64,000 nt of DNA from positions 34,162,001 to 34,226,000 of the forward strand of contig CAIIXF020000001.1 in assembly GCA_903813345.2 (NCBI GenBank), in the 5' to 3' direction. The notes beneath the pieces are model-generated. The model saw nothing but the letters and a program-made list of their open reading frames with translations. It was not told the DNA's origin and did no database searches. The DNA comes from Owenia fusiformis. Lineage: Eukaryota. Both the position numbers and the translations under genes were made by a program. Each line of letters opens with the position of its first letter. Positions within the stretch are counted from its first letter, which is position 1. Shown piece after piece: positions 1 to 12,345 of this stretch.

Positions 1-1702
1 ATATCAATACCACTTATATTTTCATTTTGTAAGATTGCTTTAGATAAAAATTCGACACAGAGATTGAATATCAAAGCCGATGCTGGGCAACCTTGCTGTA
101 TACCTTTTGTAGTTTAATTTCTCTTGAAATATGTCCATTGTTTTTTAGTACCAGTTTTGGGTCATTGTAAAAAGTCTTGATCATTTTTATGAATTTCGGA
201 CCAAAAATTAGTCTTTTCAATTGCTACATCAATAAAAATATCTTTGATTTGTTCCCAAAAAGTTTTATAAAATTATCATCATTACCAGGGCTTTTGTTAT
301 TCTTAAGATTATTTACGGCTGCATATGATTCTTCTTCAGTAACATCATTTTCACATTCTTGTTTTTCATTGTTATTAAGTACATGTTCTATGTTTACATT
401 ATCTAAAAAATCAGTTATAAGTTCCTTTTCAAGTAAATCACTAGAATACAAATTTTCATAAAATTTAGCAGATTCCTTTTAGATATCTTTATCAGTATAT
501 GCATACCCAGAGCTTGTTTATATTTTTCTGATTACATTGTGTTTCTGCCTTGTCTTTTCAAGAGAAAATAATATTTAGTACTTTTTCACCTTCTTCCATG
601 TATTTTGCTTTTGACCTTACAAAGTATCCATTGATCTTATCATCATATAACTTATTAAGTTTTGATTCATTTTATAATTTGAGTATGTCAAGGCTTTTTC
701 TGACTTCAGCATTTTTCTATAGCATTAGATAATTCATCAATTTCCTTTTGAACATATGACATCACATTTTGTTTTAATCTTGATTTGGTTATTGCATACC
801 CTATGGATGTCCTTTTGATTTTTCTTTTTAAGATTTCCCCAAAAATTCGTATTGACTTTACATATGAATATTGATTTTTAACCCACTGTATACACTCATT
901 TATTTTGTTACAATATGTATTATCAGCCAGAAGGCTGCTATTTAGTTTCCAATAACCTTTGCCTTTTTTGTTTTGTGAAATTTTAACATTAATTAAAACA
1001 CATTTGTGGTCTGCTTTAAGTGCTTGCATTAAATATATTCTTTTTATGTCAAATAGAGAATTATCTGATATGAGGATAAGTCAATACGACTTTTTGATCC
1101 ATTTTTGTCATAAAATGTAAAATCAACTTTGTTTTTATTTTTTATATCTTTTAAGTTAAAACGTTTGACGATATGATTACAAAGTGTCTCCCTACTTCTA
1201 TCTATTACTTTGGTTTTAGCATTTGAAACTCTATCTTCATCTTTCATAACGCAGTTAAAGTCACCTGCACAAAAAATATCATCACAAGTACTGTGATCAT
1301 CAATCATTTTGCTTACTAAATGGAAAAAAGTTACTCTTCCATTAACATTGTTTGGTGCATATACATTAACTAAAGTTACAGGTTTGCCTTCAATATTCAC
1401 ATTTACAAGAACACATCTTCCATTTTTATCATCAAATTTTTCAACAACATCACAATCAAAAGATTTGTTTATTAAAATAGTTGCTCCTCTAGAATGATGT
1501 GAGTTTGTTAAAGCATGATAGGAGTTAAAGCCAAAGTCTTTAAATGAAGTATCTATTTCATCTACATTATCTATGTTGCAGAATGTTTCCTGAAGGAAAA
1601 TGATATCAATTTTTGGGTTTTTAATCCAGTACAATAATTTGGTTCTTTTGTTAATGTCACTTAGTCAACTTACATTAGGGTTGAAAATCTCACATTAGAC
1701 AT
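1..1702 (-). pseudogene. L1/Tx1-type LINE ORF2 (APE endonuclease and start of RT), frameshifted, runs off window
   Basis: IFLQET, VNVYAPN, AGDFN, SRID, DHK, GYWKLNSSLL, NKSPG and QQGCPASALIFNLCVEFL motifs across several frames; ATG at 1702. Confidence 0.92.
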
Positions 1703-1746
1703 ATAAAATTAAAATAAACTGGTTTGTTAACATATGGTATATATTA

Positions 1747-2740
1747 TAGGGTGTCTCAAAAAAATGTACCCAAAAGTATATCAACACCACAGACAAACCA
1801 ATCAATATTTTCAGACATTTTTTGCATGTTCATGTAGATAAAAGATGAACGTTTTTTCCCCCATGCACAGTTTTTAATTCAGTTTTGCCTTTTTGATACT
1901 TTAACCCGTTACCTTTTACACCACATATTCAATGTAACCTCATATTTCGATGACAGTCTGCATCCTTACGACTTCATTGTTCATCACATTTGATATTTCT
2001 GGTGGAATGTTTTGATTTCTGTTTGGATGCTGGTCTTAAGTTGTTATGGGTCTCTTAGTCTGGGTTTAGCATAAAAAATGGTCCTTCAAATAGCCTCAGA
2101 GAAAAAAGTATGGGCCTTCAAATATGGTCAATAGGGAGGCCCTCACAATGTCTTATAGCCCCCTTATACAGAGAGGTCGGAGGTTCAAGAAACTGCATTG
2201 GTTTGGGATTCTAGTGTAGCTTTTGGTGTGTGGATCAATTTGAGACCACTGTGTTTTCATTTGGATATCATTTGATCTCCAGGCTAGCCTGCCTAACTCT
2301 GGAAGGTAACTCCTGAATCATTTGCCGATAATTGACCTGATTATCCGTGTTTGTTCTGCCATCGTCATCCTCAAACATCGTTCTCTGTGGCTATCTGAAG
2401 GAGTCTTTTAATGCTCATTCCAAGCAAAAAGACCTAGAGCAACTTAAGGGCAACATCCAAAGAGAAATCCAAAACATTCCACCGGAATTATTATCAAATG
2501 TGATGAACAATGTAGCAGTAAGGATACAGGCTGTCATCGGAATATGAGGTTACATCGATAATGTGGTATAAAAGGTAAATGGTTAAAGCATCAAAAAGAC
2601 AAGACTGAAATAAAAATGGTGTATTGAGGAGAAAACTTTCATGTTTTGGCTACATGACCATGCAAAAAATGTCTGAAAATATTGATTGGTTTATCTGTGC
2701 TCTTGATATACTTTTGGGTACATTTTTTTGAGACACCCGA
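1747..2740. mobile_element. Tc1/mariner-derived palindromic non-autonomous element between LINE ORF1 and ORF2
   Basis: long TIRs gggtgtctcaaaaaaatgtacccaaaagtatatcaa / ttgatatacttttgggtacatttttttgagacaccc; transposase C-terminal remnants (GYLKE...LEQLKGNIQREI) on both arms. Confidence 0.88.
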
Positions 2741-2752
2741 CATCTTCATCTG

Positions 2753-3676
2753 TTACGATTCACTATACAACAGTTTCTTCAGAGGTTTCTCAGTTGAAGG
2801 TGGTGTTGAGAAACCATCATTATCTCTTTTCTTTCGCTTTATTCCAGATTTCATCACAGTATTGACCTGCCTCGCAATATTGTGGTACCCATGAGGGCTC
2901 AGATGAACTCCAGATGGATCATCAGACTTAAAGTCATCCTTGGATGTCTTCCCACCATTGCTTAATAGCATAGCATCATTGTTTGCATATTCACAATAAT
3001 CAAGAAGTTTACACATTTTTTCCAGTTGAGCATTGAACTTGTTGATCTTTCCCTGGGTATTTTTGTCGTATGGATGTTTAGGTGGAATACTTGACACAAT
3101 AATGTTGCACTCTGGAAAGAAGTCACAGTGAATGCCTTGCACCATTGATTTGTATTTTGTATTGCAGTCATCGACATTTTCGCCATCGTAAACAACATTT
3201 TTTGTTCCTACTTGCGTAACTATGTTATTCAGGTGCTGCTTATCAAGTTTGTTGCGCTTCAGAAGAATTGGAACATCTTCGATCCTGGCTCCACCTTGTG
3301 TTGTTTCTGTGACACTGTCAGACTTCATTTCATTATATAAACCATTTTCAATAGAACATCCTGTTACCACTGTATCTATTGGTGTTTTGGTTGTGATATT
3401 TTGTTCATTCTGTTTTTGGCTATCTGTTCTCTCTGATTTATTCAAAGGGCAATCTTTCGCAAAATGTTCTGTACTTTGGCATTTGAAGCACCGTGGCTTA
3501 CTCTTTTGAGGACATCTGTAAAATGGATGCCCAACGGTATTGCAAATTCCACAGGGTTGGCCTCTATATGAAAGCCGCCCGAGTTCACCTCCAATTAGTG
3601 GGTTATTGGGTATAGGTCTTTTTATCCCTGATTTAGTTAAAACACACAGAGACCTCTTATTTGAAACAAACCGCAA
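2753..3676 (-). mobile_element. LINE ORF1: two CCHC zinc knuckles plus SGNH-esterase-like domain, N-terminus apparently missing
   Basis: YRGQP-CGICNTVGHPFYRC and CFKCQSTEHFAKDC; SGNH-like blocks TGCS, QGG, VGTKN, DPSGVHL; same strand as and upstream of ORF2. Confidence 0.85.
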
Positions 3677-3719
3677 AGTTCAATGCATTTGTTAATCCAA
3701 ACTCGTGTCTAAAATAATA

Positions 3720-4750
3720 ATACACAAATGTAAACTTTATTCCATCGCAAAGCAGCTCCTCTGAATAAAAAATATATTGATACTTTTGGTTTCATTTCTA
3801 ATTGTTTAAAGGCACAAAGCATTCCAAACCACTTGTTAACGCAGACTCAGGTCCAAAAACTCAAACTTTCACGTTATTCCATCGCATAGCAGCTCCCCTG
3901 CTAACAAATAGTAAAGGAATGACACTGTACCAGTTACCCTTATTCACAAACCCCTCATAGTACTTGACTCCCTAATCTACAACTGAAATAGCAGGTATAC
4001 TGTACATAACTCCCGAAGTTCAGCACAATACATTCCAAAACACTGTTAACGCAGACTCAGGTCCAAAAACTCAAACGTTCACGTTATTCCATCGCATAGC
4101 AGCTCCCCTGCTAACAAGTACTTGACTCCCTAATCTACAACTGAAATAGCAGGTATACATAACTCCCGAAGTTCAGCACAATACATTCCAAAACACTGTT
4201 AACGCAGACTCAGGTCCAAAAACTCAAACTTTCACTTTATTCCATCGCATAGCAGCTCCCCTGCTAACAAACAGTAAAGGAATGACACTGTACCAGTTAA
4301 CCTTATTCACAAACCCCTCATAGTACTTGACTCCCTAATCTACAACTGAAATAGCAGGTATACATAACTCCCAAAGTTCAGCACAATACATTCCAAAACA
4401 CTGTTAACGCAGACTCAGGTCCAAAAACTCAAACTTTCACTTTATTCCATCGCATAGCAGCTCCCCTGCTAATAAACAGTAAAGGAATGACACTGTACCA
4501 GTTACCCTTAATCACAAACCCCTCAAAGTACTTGACTCCCTAATTTACAACTAAAATAGCAGGTATACATAACTCCCGAAGTTCAGCACAATACATTCCA
4601 AAACACTGTTAACGCAAACTCAGGTCCAAAAAACTCAAACTTTCACTTTATTCCATCGCATAGCAGCTCCCCTGCTAAGAAATAGTAAAGGAATGACACC
4701 GGGTAAGTTACCCTTAATTCACCAACCCCAAACAATACTGGACTTCCTTA
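3720..4750. repeat. tandem array of ~205-bp monomers (~5 copies) upstream of LINE ORF1
   Basis: gttaacgca anchor at 3835, 4045, 4198, 4403, 4608 (spacings 210, 153, 205, 205). Confidence 0.95.
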
Positions 4751-5393
4751 TCTAGCACGGAAACAGCAGATATACACCTGTTGGAGATCTTTTTTGCACA
4801 ATATATGCAGAGATTCCTAAACATGAGTATCTAATATGAATTGCCCGAAGCAACAGTTTCTTAAATATCACAAGTGCACTGTTAGAGTAAATAGAAATTG
4901 CATCCAAAAGTGAGCAAACGTCATAATGATTTGATAAAGTGATATTAATAGAATTTATTTTCGAAAGTATGGAAAGTTCCACAGGGAAGTTTTCAGAAAG
5001 GAGGCAAATGAAATGGTCCCAAAAGTGCCAAACGGAGGAACCAATAGCATACAAATAGAAAAAATTGTATCAATATTAAATTTACTGGACTACCAAGACC
5101 TCCTCCCTAAAATGAGGTAACTTTTGGTTACCATAAAACATATGGAATCCAAATAGGATGCCCAGTAAATATAAAATGAAATATACTTGTGTTTTTAATC
5201 CCCCTTCCCGGGTATTTATGAAACTTTCCTAACGGAAAAAACAAAACAAAAAACAAATTGAATTGCAAAGATCTGTAACATTAATTTATTGATAAGCATT
5301 GAGTTCACTTAAACCAAAAATAAATGGCCAAATAAATTATCTATTTAATACAAGTAACTAGACTATGAAATAATTTCAAGGTGAATGTGGCAT

Positions 5394-5888
5394 TTACACC
5401 CCAGTCACATTTCCTACGGCGACCTTGCGGTCTATCATTTCTGCGGCCAGTAACATTTCTACGCTCGCCGCAGAATTTCTGCGCTCTCATACTTTTGCAG
5501 TCACATTTCCCACGGCAGCCGCACGGTGAATTTTAAATTTCTGTTGATAAATAATACTTTTTTCATTTTATTTACATCAGGACAATTTATAAATGTTATT
5601 CATAGTGCTAGGATGAAATATCAAATGAAAAGTGATCGTAAAAATTGACAAATAATGATTCAATCTTGTTGAGCCAGTTGATTTCTACGGGGACCTCAGA
5701 AATGAACAAATATTATAACTCCGAATTATAATTTCTACGGCGACCCTGCGGCCTGTAAAAAACTGGATCCGCCGTACGGAGGCCGCAAGGCGAGCGTAGT
5801 CTTTCTACGCTCGCCGCAGAAATTCACCGATTTAATTGATCTGCGGCCGACTTGCGGCCGCCGTGCGACAAATGTGACTGGGGTGTAA
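5394..5888. mobile_element. MITE with TIR ttacaccccagtcacattt
   Basis: terminal inverted repeats; near-identical inverted partial copy at 56845-57274. Confidence 0.88.
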
Positions 5889-5929
5889 CCTGGATATTGA
5901 CTTTTCAAAATTATGGAGAAGTTAGTTTT

Positions 5930-6923
5930 GGTAGACTGTAAATCTAGTAAATCTAGTAAATCTCGTAAATCTAGTAAACCTAGTAAATCTAGTAAAATCT
6001 TGTAAAATCTTGTAAACTTTTTAGGGACCATTCATTTGATATCAATGTCAGTCTCTATGTAAGAGTATTGGTGATTATGATTCCTTTTACAACATTAGAA
6101 AAATACCTTCTCTGCATTAAAATTCAGAGTCATTCCTTTCATCAAATAATCAATATACAAATTTTTTAACAAAATTGTGAAATATTATAATAAAAAAGAA
6201 TGTTCAAGGGGCTGATATGATATGGCTTTAAACTATTAATTACAAGGAATACAAGGAACATATCATCATCAAAACGTAAATGGAAAGCATTGTAGAAATG
6301 CCATACTATACTTTATGTATAGGTAAAGCAAATAGATCAATCAGTAAGTTGTCTCACTAGATTCCCCTTACTACAGCATTTGATTGTTTTTTATTATTTT
6401 TTTGGGGTTGGCAAAAATCAATTTTGAAATTGCCATTTATCCATTCCTCTCACATTGGAACTTCTACAAATATTGTCAATTGAACAGCATCGCCAAAAAA
6501 TAAGCAATAACTAAATTATCTGATAGGCTAAGCATTATAACATTTTGTGAGGGAAAAACAAGCCTGTGTCATTTAGATGATACGCATTGTCCCCTCAGTC
6601 CTTAAATATGTAACTTAATTTATTAATAGAGCATGCTTCTTGGGTGGGTTGTGTATGATGATAAAATGGGTGTACCATTTGATAACCATTTTGTTATCCA
6701 GTACTAACATATAGTTGTTTTGTTACTAAATATAATGAAATAAAAGGTAGAATTTTTTCTACATGTTCATTTCATTCATACAAAGGCATTTTCAGTGCTT
6801 TTTCGACATTTGCACTTTATATCTTAGACATTGAATAATCAAGTTTTTACAAGATTTTACAAGATTTTACTAGATTTACTAGTTTTACTATATTTATTAG
6901 ATTTACTAGATTTACAGTCTACC
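5930..6923. mobile_element. Mutator/foldback-like non-autonomous element
   Basis: TIRs ggtagactgtaaatctagt... built of 9-10-bp tandem units; perfect 9-bp TSD gttagtttt (5921-5929, 6924-6932). Confidence 0.9.
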
Positions 6924-7259
6924 GTTAGTTTTGTCTAATATAGGTGACCCATCGAAACTTACCAGGAAATATTACAAAACACAGCAAGTTGAGAAAAATA
7001 ACATCGAAGAGTACACCAGTCATAAAAACAACGATCTCAAATCAAAATACAAGACCACCACACAGAGGGACACCTCCCTCACACAGAAACCACTAAAATA
7101 CATTTCGAAGCACAACATTTAAAAAAAACTTAGACAAGGAAGGATCCATGCTAATTTTGATTCTTTATATCTTCAATTCTTCTATTATTCAATTAACTAT
7201 CAATTATAAACAAATAAGCAATCAAAAGCTATCGAACTATCACCAATTATTAAATCTTC

Positions 7260-8050
7260 AACTCACCCTTCTTGCCTGTGACTTCTCTTCTCAGTAACAC
7301 GTAATGTTGGCACCTACTGTAGGTCAGCTTATCTCACTCTTCCCCCGTTTATTTCTTGTTTTTCCGTGTCGTCTGTCTTGAACTCCCAGCGTTGTGTCCG
7401 CGGCACTCCACTTCGAAAAACGGCACCAGTGTTGTTGTTTTGATATGTGTATATTTTATAGTTATTTTATTTCTTCAATTTCAATCCTGGCAACGGCACT
7501 AGTGTTGCTACATTGATATGAGTATTGTTTATAGTTCTTGTATTGATTCATTTCTAAATTGAAGATCCAAAGTGTTATTATATAAAATGTCCGCCAAGTG
7601 TGTTTGTAATTGTTCAATCTCTTCTTAAATTCCTTCGGCAAACAACAGAGACAAATCTTTTAGTTATAAGTCATATATTTCTCCTTAAAAATACATATCA
7701 TGCCCCTCAGCTTACAATTCTGTTAACACCCTCTTCTCAAAACCATATTTTTCTTCCAACTCCTTAGGAATTGTAATTTTCCCCAATTCTCTTATCTATG
7801 TTACAAACTCTATACTTGTTATATTGTGTCCGGTATGTGTTGATAAACCAAAGATATGTTTTTTAGAAAAAAGTGTAAGATACCATTCTAGATTGAATTG
7901 AATATTTATTACATCCTTCATAGCAGGGTTAGAAAACTCAAAAAGATACCAGATTGATTCTATGATAATGTTTATATAGGCAGCATGGTTTAAAACAATT
8001 GGTAGATCTAGAAGGGGGTGACAAGGCCTCACCCGGGAGGGGACATTATC
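7260..8050 (-). mobile_element. degenerate LTR-retrotransposon remnant with tRNA-His-like PBS motifs (possibly BEL/Pao)
   Basis: minus-strand AACAC-TGGTGCCGT (7420-7433) and AACAC-TAGTGCCGTTGCCAGGAT (7484-7506); tgttac...gtgaca bounded segment 7799-8022. Confidence 0.45.
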
Positions 8051-8341
8051 AAGGTGGTTCGCAGGGGTGGACTTAAGACATTGGCAAGGGGAATAGGACA
8101 TACTCTGAAGTACAGAAGTAAATATTGTATTTCATAAATTCATAAATTCTAAAACAATTTCTAGCCTAAATCCACAGTTGTTAAAACAGTTCAAAGAAAT
8201 GGACGGATTGTGAAATAATTCTTATCTTCTTTTACACTTGTTACTTGGAATTAACCACTTCAATTATGTGGATGTACATTTTTAACACAAAAACTCGTCG
8301 CTTTATTTTCATCCTTGGTCCCTTTTGAAATCTGTGTTCTG

Positions 8342-8416
8342 TCAATCAGTGGTGACATCAATTGTCTCAGTGCGCCGGATATACAATTTTGATCCTCGAA
8401 CCCCTTGGTCATGGGC
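8342..8416 (-). CDS. candidate terminal coding exon of the MSP130-like gene (AHDQGVRGSKLYIRRTETIDVTTD*)
   Basis: ctcgtttcatcag acceptor, phase 0, stop codon, AATAAA ~35 nt downstream, non-repetitive context; no homology support. Confidence 0.4.
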   Translation of the reverse strand, partial: AHDQGVRGSKLYIRRTETIDVTTD

Positions 8417-9169
8417 CTGATGAAACGAGTAACTACTATCATTATGAGTCCTAAACAATAGTGTTTAAACACCTCCGCTAGTTTTTTGTCTATGTATTCG
8501 CAAATGCAAATACTAAATGAATCAACGAGTCGATAATCGCCTGTAGTAGCTGACAATATTATTTCAAAAGACGGTATGAAATTGCCAAAATGTTAATTAA
8601 TTCAGTTTGTCACCGTACATACAAATGCTTTTGTTTGATATTTCTTTCTACATGTTCCAAATAGTCTGCGAAAACATGAATGAATTAAATAGATCAAAAT
8701 TAAAAGAACCAGAGAAAGTACTTGTAATATTTCAATACTAGATTAGTAAAAATATAGAGTTACGTATAATTACTTCATGTTAAAATACTATATGTATTGC
8801 TTTTGGTAATTAATTAGTTGCATTCGCGAATACAATATGTAACTCCACTTTGCTCCTGTGCAACCGCTTACCGGTCACAAATCTGGAAATAATTACTTCA
8901 TGTTAAAATACTTTATGTATTTCTTTTGGTAATAAGGTCAGTTGCTTACACATAATTATCAATGTGCCAAGAGCGAGTAATGAGATTCCAATCAGTCAAG
9001 ATTTTTGGCATGGTCTTTGCACTGCTTTGCATGGCGTGTGTCAAGAAGTGCATAGATGTGTAAAGAGTTGGATTCATCGCGTGTCAAGGTGTAAATAATT
9101 GGCACGTCTAGAAACCCGGCGTGAAAAGAATAGTTTCTAGACGTGTCAAGAATTGGAATCCCATATTTC

Positions 9170-10230
9170 ACGCAGTGTATAATTTACAATAGTGCTCCAA
9201 ATATAGCTACCAGCAAACTTGAAAGGCTGCATTATAATGCAGCTTGTCTAATCTCTGGTGCTCTGCATGGTTCAAGCACATATAAGGTCTTGAAGACATT
9301 AAACTGGATTACTTTCTCTGAGAGATAAGAAGAAGCCATCTTTGCTCATTTCTATTTCAAAGTAGAATTAATTTATCAGCTTCATATGTCACTGAATTGT
9401 TTAATAAATACTTAAATGAATCAAATAGAATCCTAAGGGCTGTCAGAGAGTATAATGTGCCTCTAGTTCATTTAGAAAAACTACGTATTTTGCTGCGATT
9501 GAAGAATGGAATGGTCTGCCTAATGATTTAAGAAATTGCAATAGAATATCAACTTTTAAAGGCAAACTTTAAAAAAGCATTTCGGGAATGAAAAATGTAT
9601 AAGTATTATATCATCACTTGATATCACTAGAAAAACTGAAATTATATTTACAAGATTAAAAGTGGACCTATTTTTAAAAAGTCAATTATTTGCTCATCAT
9701 TTTACAAACATTGACTCACCAGCCTGTAACTGCGGTCATGAAAATGAAACCCCTACTCGTTTTTTCCTCAACTTGTAGAGGATAGAATCCAACTACTTAT
9801 AGATCTCCATATTATTGGTTGTTTAGAAAGATTCTTAGATGCTAACTCTGTTAGCAAAGTAAATATGCTTTTGCATGGTACCACTGAACTTAGTAATGAA
9901 GATAATACACTTCTTCTGAAAGCAACTTTAAAATTCCTAAAAGCAACCAAGATTGACTAACATTTATATTACACCACCCCATAATTTACACCACTGCACA
10001 CCTTTTTGTAAAGCATTCTAATATCAGCCTTTATTGTGTTTTTCCTTTCTGTTTGTATATGAACAGTTACGAATAATTGTAACAAATTTGTATTTGTATT
10101 GCATATTAGTGTATGGTATATTTACTTCGAAGTTCAACACAAATGTTAAATTGATTAACCTTGTTGAATTTTCATTGTATGATATTATATGTTATAATAT
10201 ATGAACTTGAAATAAAAATGATTAAAATGA
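9170..10230 (+). pseudogene. 3' end of a CR1/L2-group LINE (post-RT region, Cys/His motif, 3' UTR)
   Basis: LERLHYNAACLISGA...LNWITFSER and DSPACNCGHENET; AATAAA followed by a short repeat tail near 10212-10230. Confidence 0.82.
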
Positions 10231-10331
10231 TTTTATTTATACTATGATAAAGATTATTACTACATAATTTGTATATACTGTAAAGTTATCAAGTGACTGC
10301 ATTGTAAATCAATATAAATCACAAGAATATA

Positions 10332-11183
10332 CGAGGGGTGATCAGGAATTTCTGGACCGTTGGCTCTATTTTTGCCATTTTTTTATCCTTTCTTGATTTT
10401 TTTCACACAATATAACCCAAATAGATCACACCCTGATGATTTCACTGTTCTATGACATCATTATCCTTTTATTTTTGTTACCATGGTAACCTGTGACGCG
10501 ACAAGGTGGAGCTCAGAAAAAATAGCAAATTTGAAAAATCAACAGTAGTTTTATATGATGTTTGGACACTGTATTCATCGCTGAATATGTGACCTACTGT
10601 AATAGGTTGTATTATATCATGAAGTATATTCATTAATGTTCATAGTAACTGTCATTATTCTTCCATCAATTCCAATCCTTTAAAGTAGTTACCAGTATTT
10701 TGTAAGCATTTGTTATGCCTTTTCACCAAGTCCCAAAAGGCGTGATACAGACCGTCTTTGCCTACAAAATGTGATTGTTTCCATCGGTTGTGGCCACGTA
10801 ACCCATGCACCGTATCCCCCAGAATTAGCTTGGTGTGATTTTTATATTTTCCCAACAGTGAAGAACAAATTATGAGGTATCCACTTTGAAAACATTAATG
10901 AGATCATTCAGGAATTCACACACCGATGTTACAAAGTAGGCAAAGACGGTCTTTATCACGTCTCTCGGGTTTGGGTGAAAAGGCATAACAAATGCTTACA
11001 AAGTGCTGGTAATTACTTTGAAGGATAAGAATTGATGGAAGAATAATACTAGTTACTATGAACATTAATGAATGTACTCAATGAAATAATACAACATATA
11101 TATTGTGTGGAAAAAGTCACTCAGAAAGGATAAAAAATGGCAAAAATAGAGCCAACGGTCCAGAAATTCCTGATCACCCCTCG
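10332..11183. mobile_element. mariner-derived palindromic MITE
   Basis: TA TSD; TIR cgaggggtgatcaggaatttctggaccgttggctct; PYPPELAWCDFYIFP and KRHNKCLQ..GNYF remnants, the latter on both strands. Confidence 0.92.
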
Positions 11184-11374
11184 TAGTAACATAACGTTGA
11201 AAGAACCTCCTATTCAACTACTTAACGCTGAAACAAGGAGGATTGGCTGCAAGAGTGCAACATCGATATTCTGTCCAATATTGGAAGGGGATGTCGTGCT
11301 ACAAAATTCGAATTCAAACAGCCGCCATTGTGTACACTTCAACATTTGAATCGTGACCTTTGGTCTTGTTTCCT

Positions 11375-12345
11375 AATAGACTAGAATCAGGGGGTTCAAA
11401 ATACAATGACAACTTATATTTTGACGAGCAGGCAAGTCATGTTCCCTTATTGAAAGGAAAGGGGTTCCTTAATTGATACTGAGATTTAACAAGACGAAAT
11501 AGGTGTCAAAATGTGTTTTTGATTAAAAAATGTGTTTTTTGCAGAATCTTTTTTTTAAATTAAAAAAAGATTTTAGAAATTTTATCTTAGTAAATACAGT
11601 CTGGTTGACTATGAAAAAGTGAAAATAAATCAGTTTTGATCTATTTTGGTGATTTTGGGGAGGTTTTAGAGATTTCTCTTGTGGTTGACATAGTGAAATG
11701 AATGTAGACTAGAATCAGTGCATTGAAAATATAATGACCTCTTTTTGACGAGCAGGCAGGTCATATTAACTAATTGAAAGGTAAATGGTTTCTCAACTGA
11801 TACTGAGATTATACGAGATAAAATAGGTGTCAAAATGTGTTTTTGGGTAAGAAATGTGATTTTTGCAGAAATTATTTTTTAAAATTAAAAAAATAAAAAA
11901 TTTTATTTCAGTAAATACAGTCTGGTTGACTATGGAAAGGTGAAAATAAATCAGTTTTGATCGATTTTGGTAATTTTGGTGAGGTTTTAGAGATTTCTCT
12001 TGTGGTTGACATATAGTGAAATTAATGTAGACTAGAATTAGTGCATTGAAAATATAATGACCTCTTTTTGACGGTCCTTTTTGACGAGCGGGCAAGTCAT
12101 GTTAATCAATTGAAAGGTGAATGGTTTCTTAATTCATACTGAGATTTTACAAGAAAAATAGGTGTCAGAATGTGTTTTGGGGGTAAAAATGTGTTTTTTG
12201 CAGAAAAAATTTAAACATTAAATTTTTTTTAGAAATTTTATTTAAGTAAATACAATCTGGCTTATGAGTACAAAAAAGTGAAAATAAACCATTTTTGATC
12301 GATTTTGGGAAGCTTTTAGAGATTTCTCTGGTGGTTGGCAGTATA
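11375..12345. repeat. three tandem ~325-bp units
   Basis: tagactagaat anchor near 11377, 11705 and 12028. Confidence 0.88.

Noticed and set aside
3720..4750. CRISPR-like array
   Set aside because: whole units repeat with no unique spacers; eukaryotic context, no cas genes
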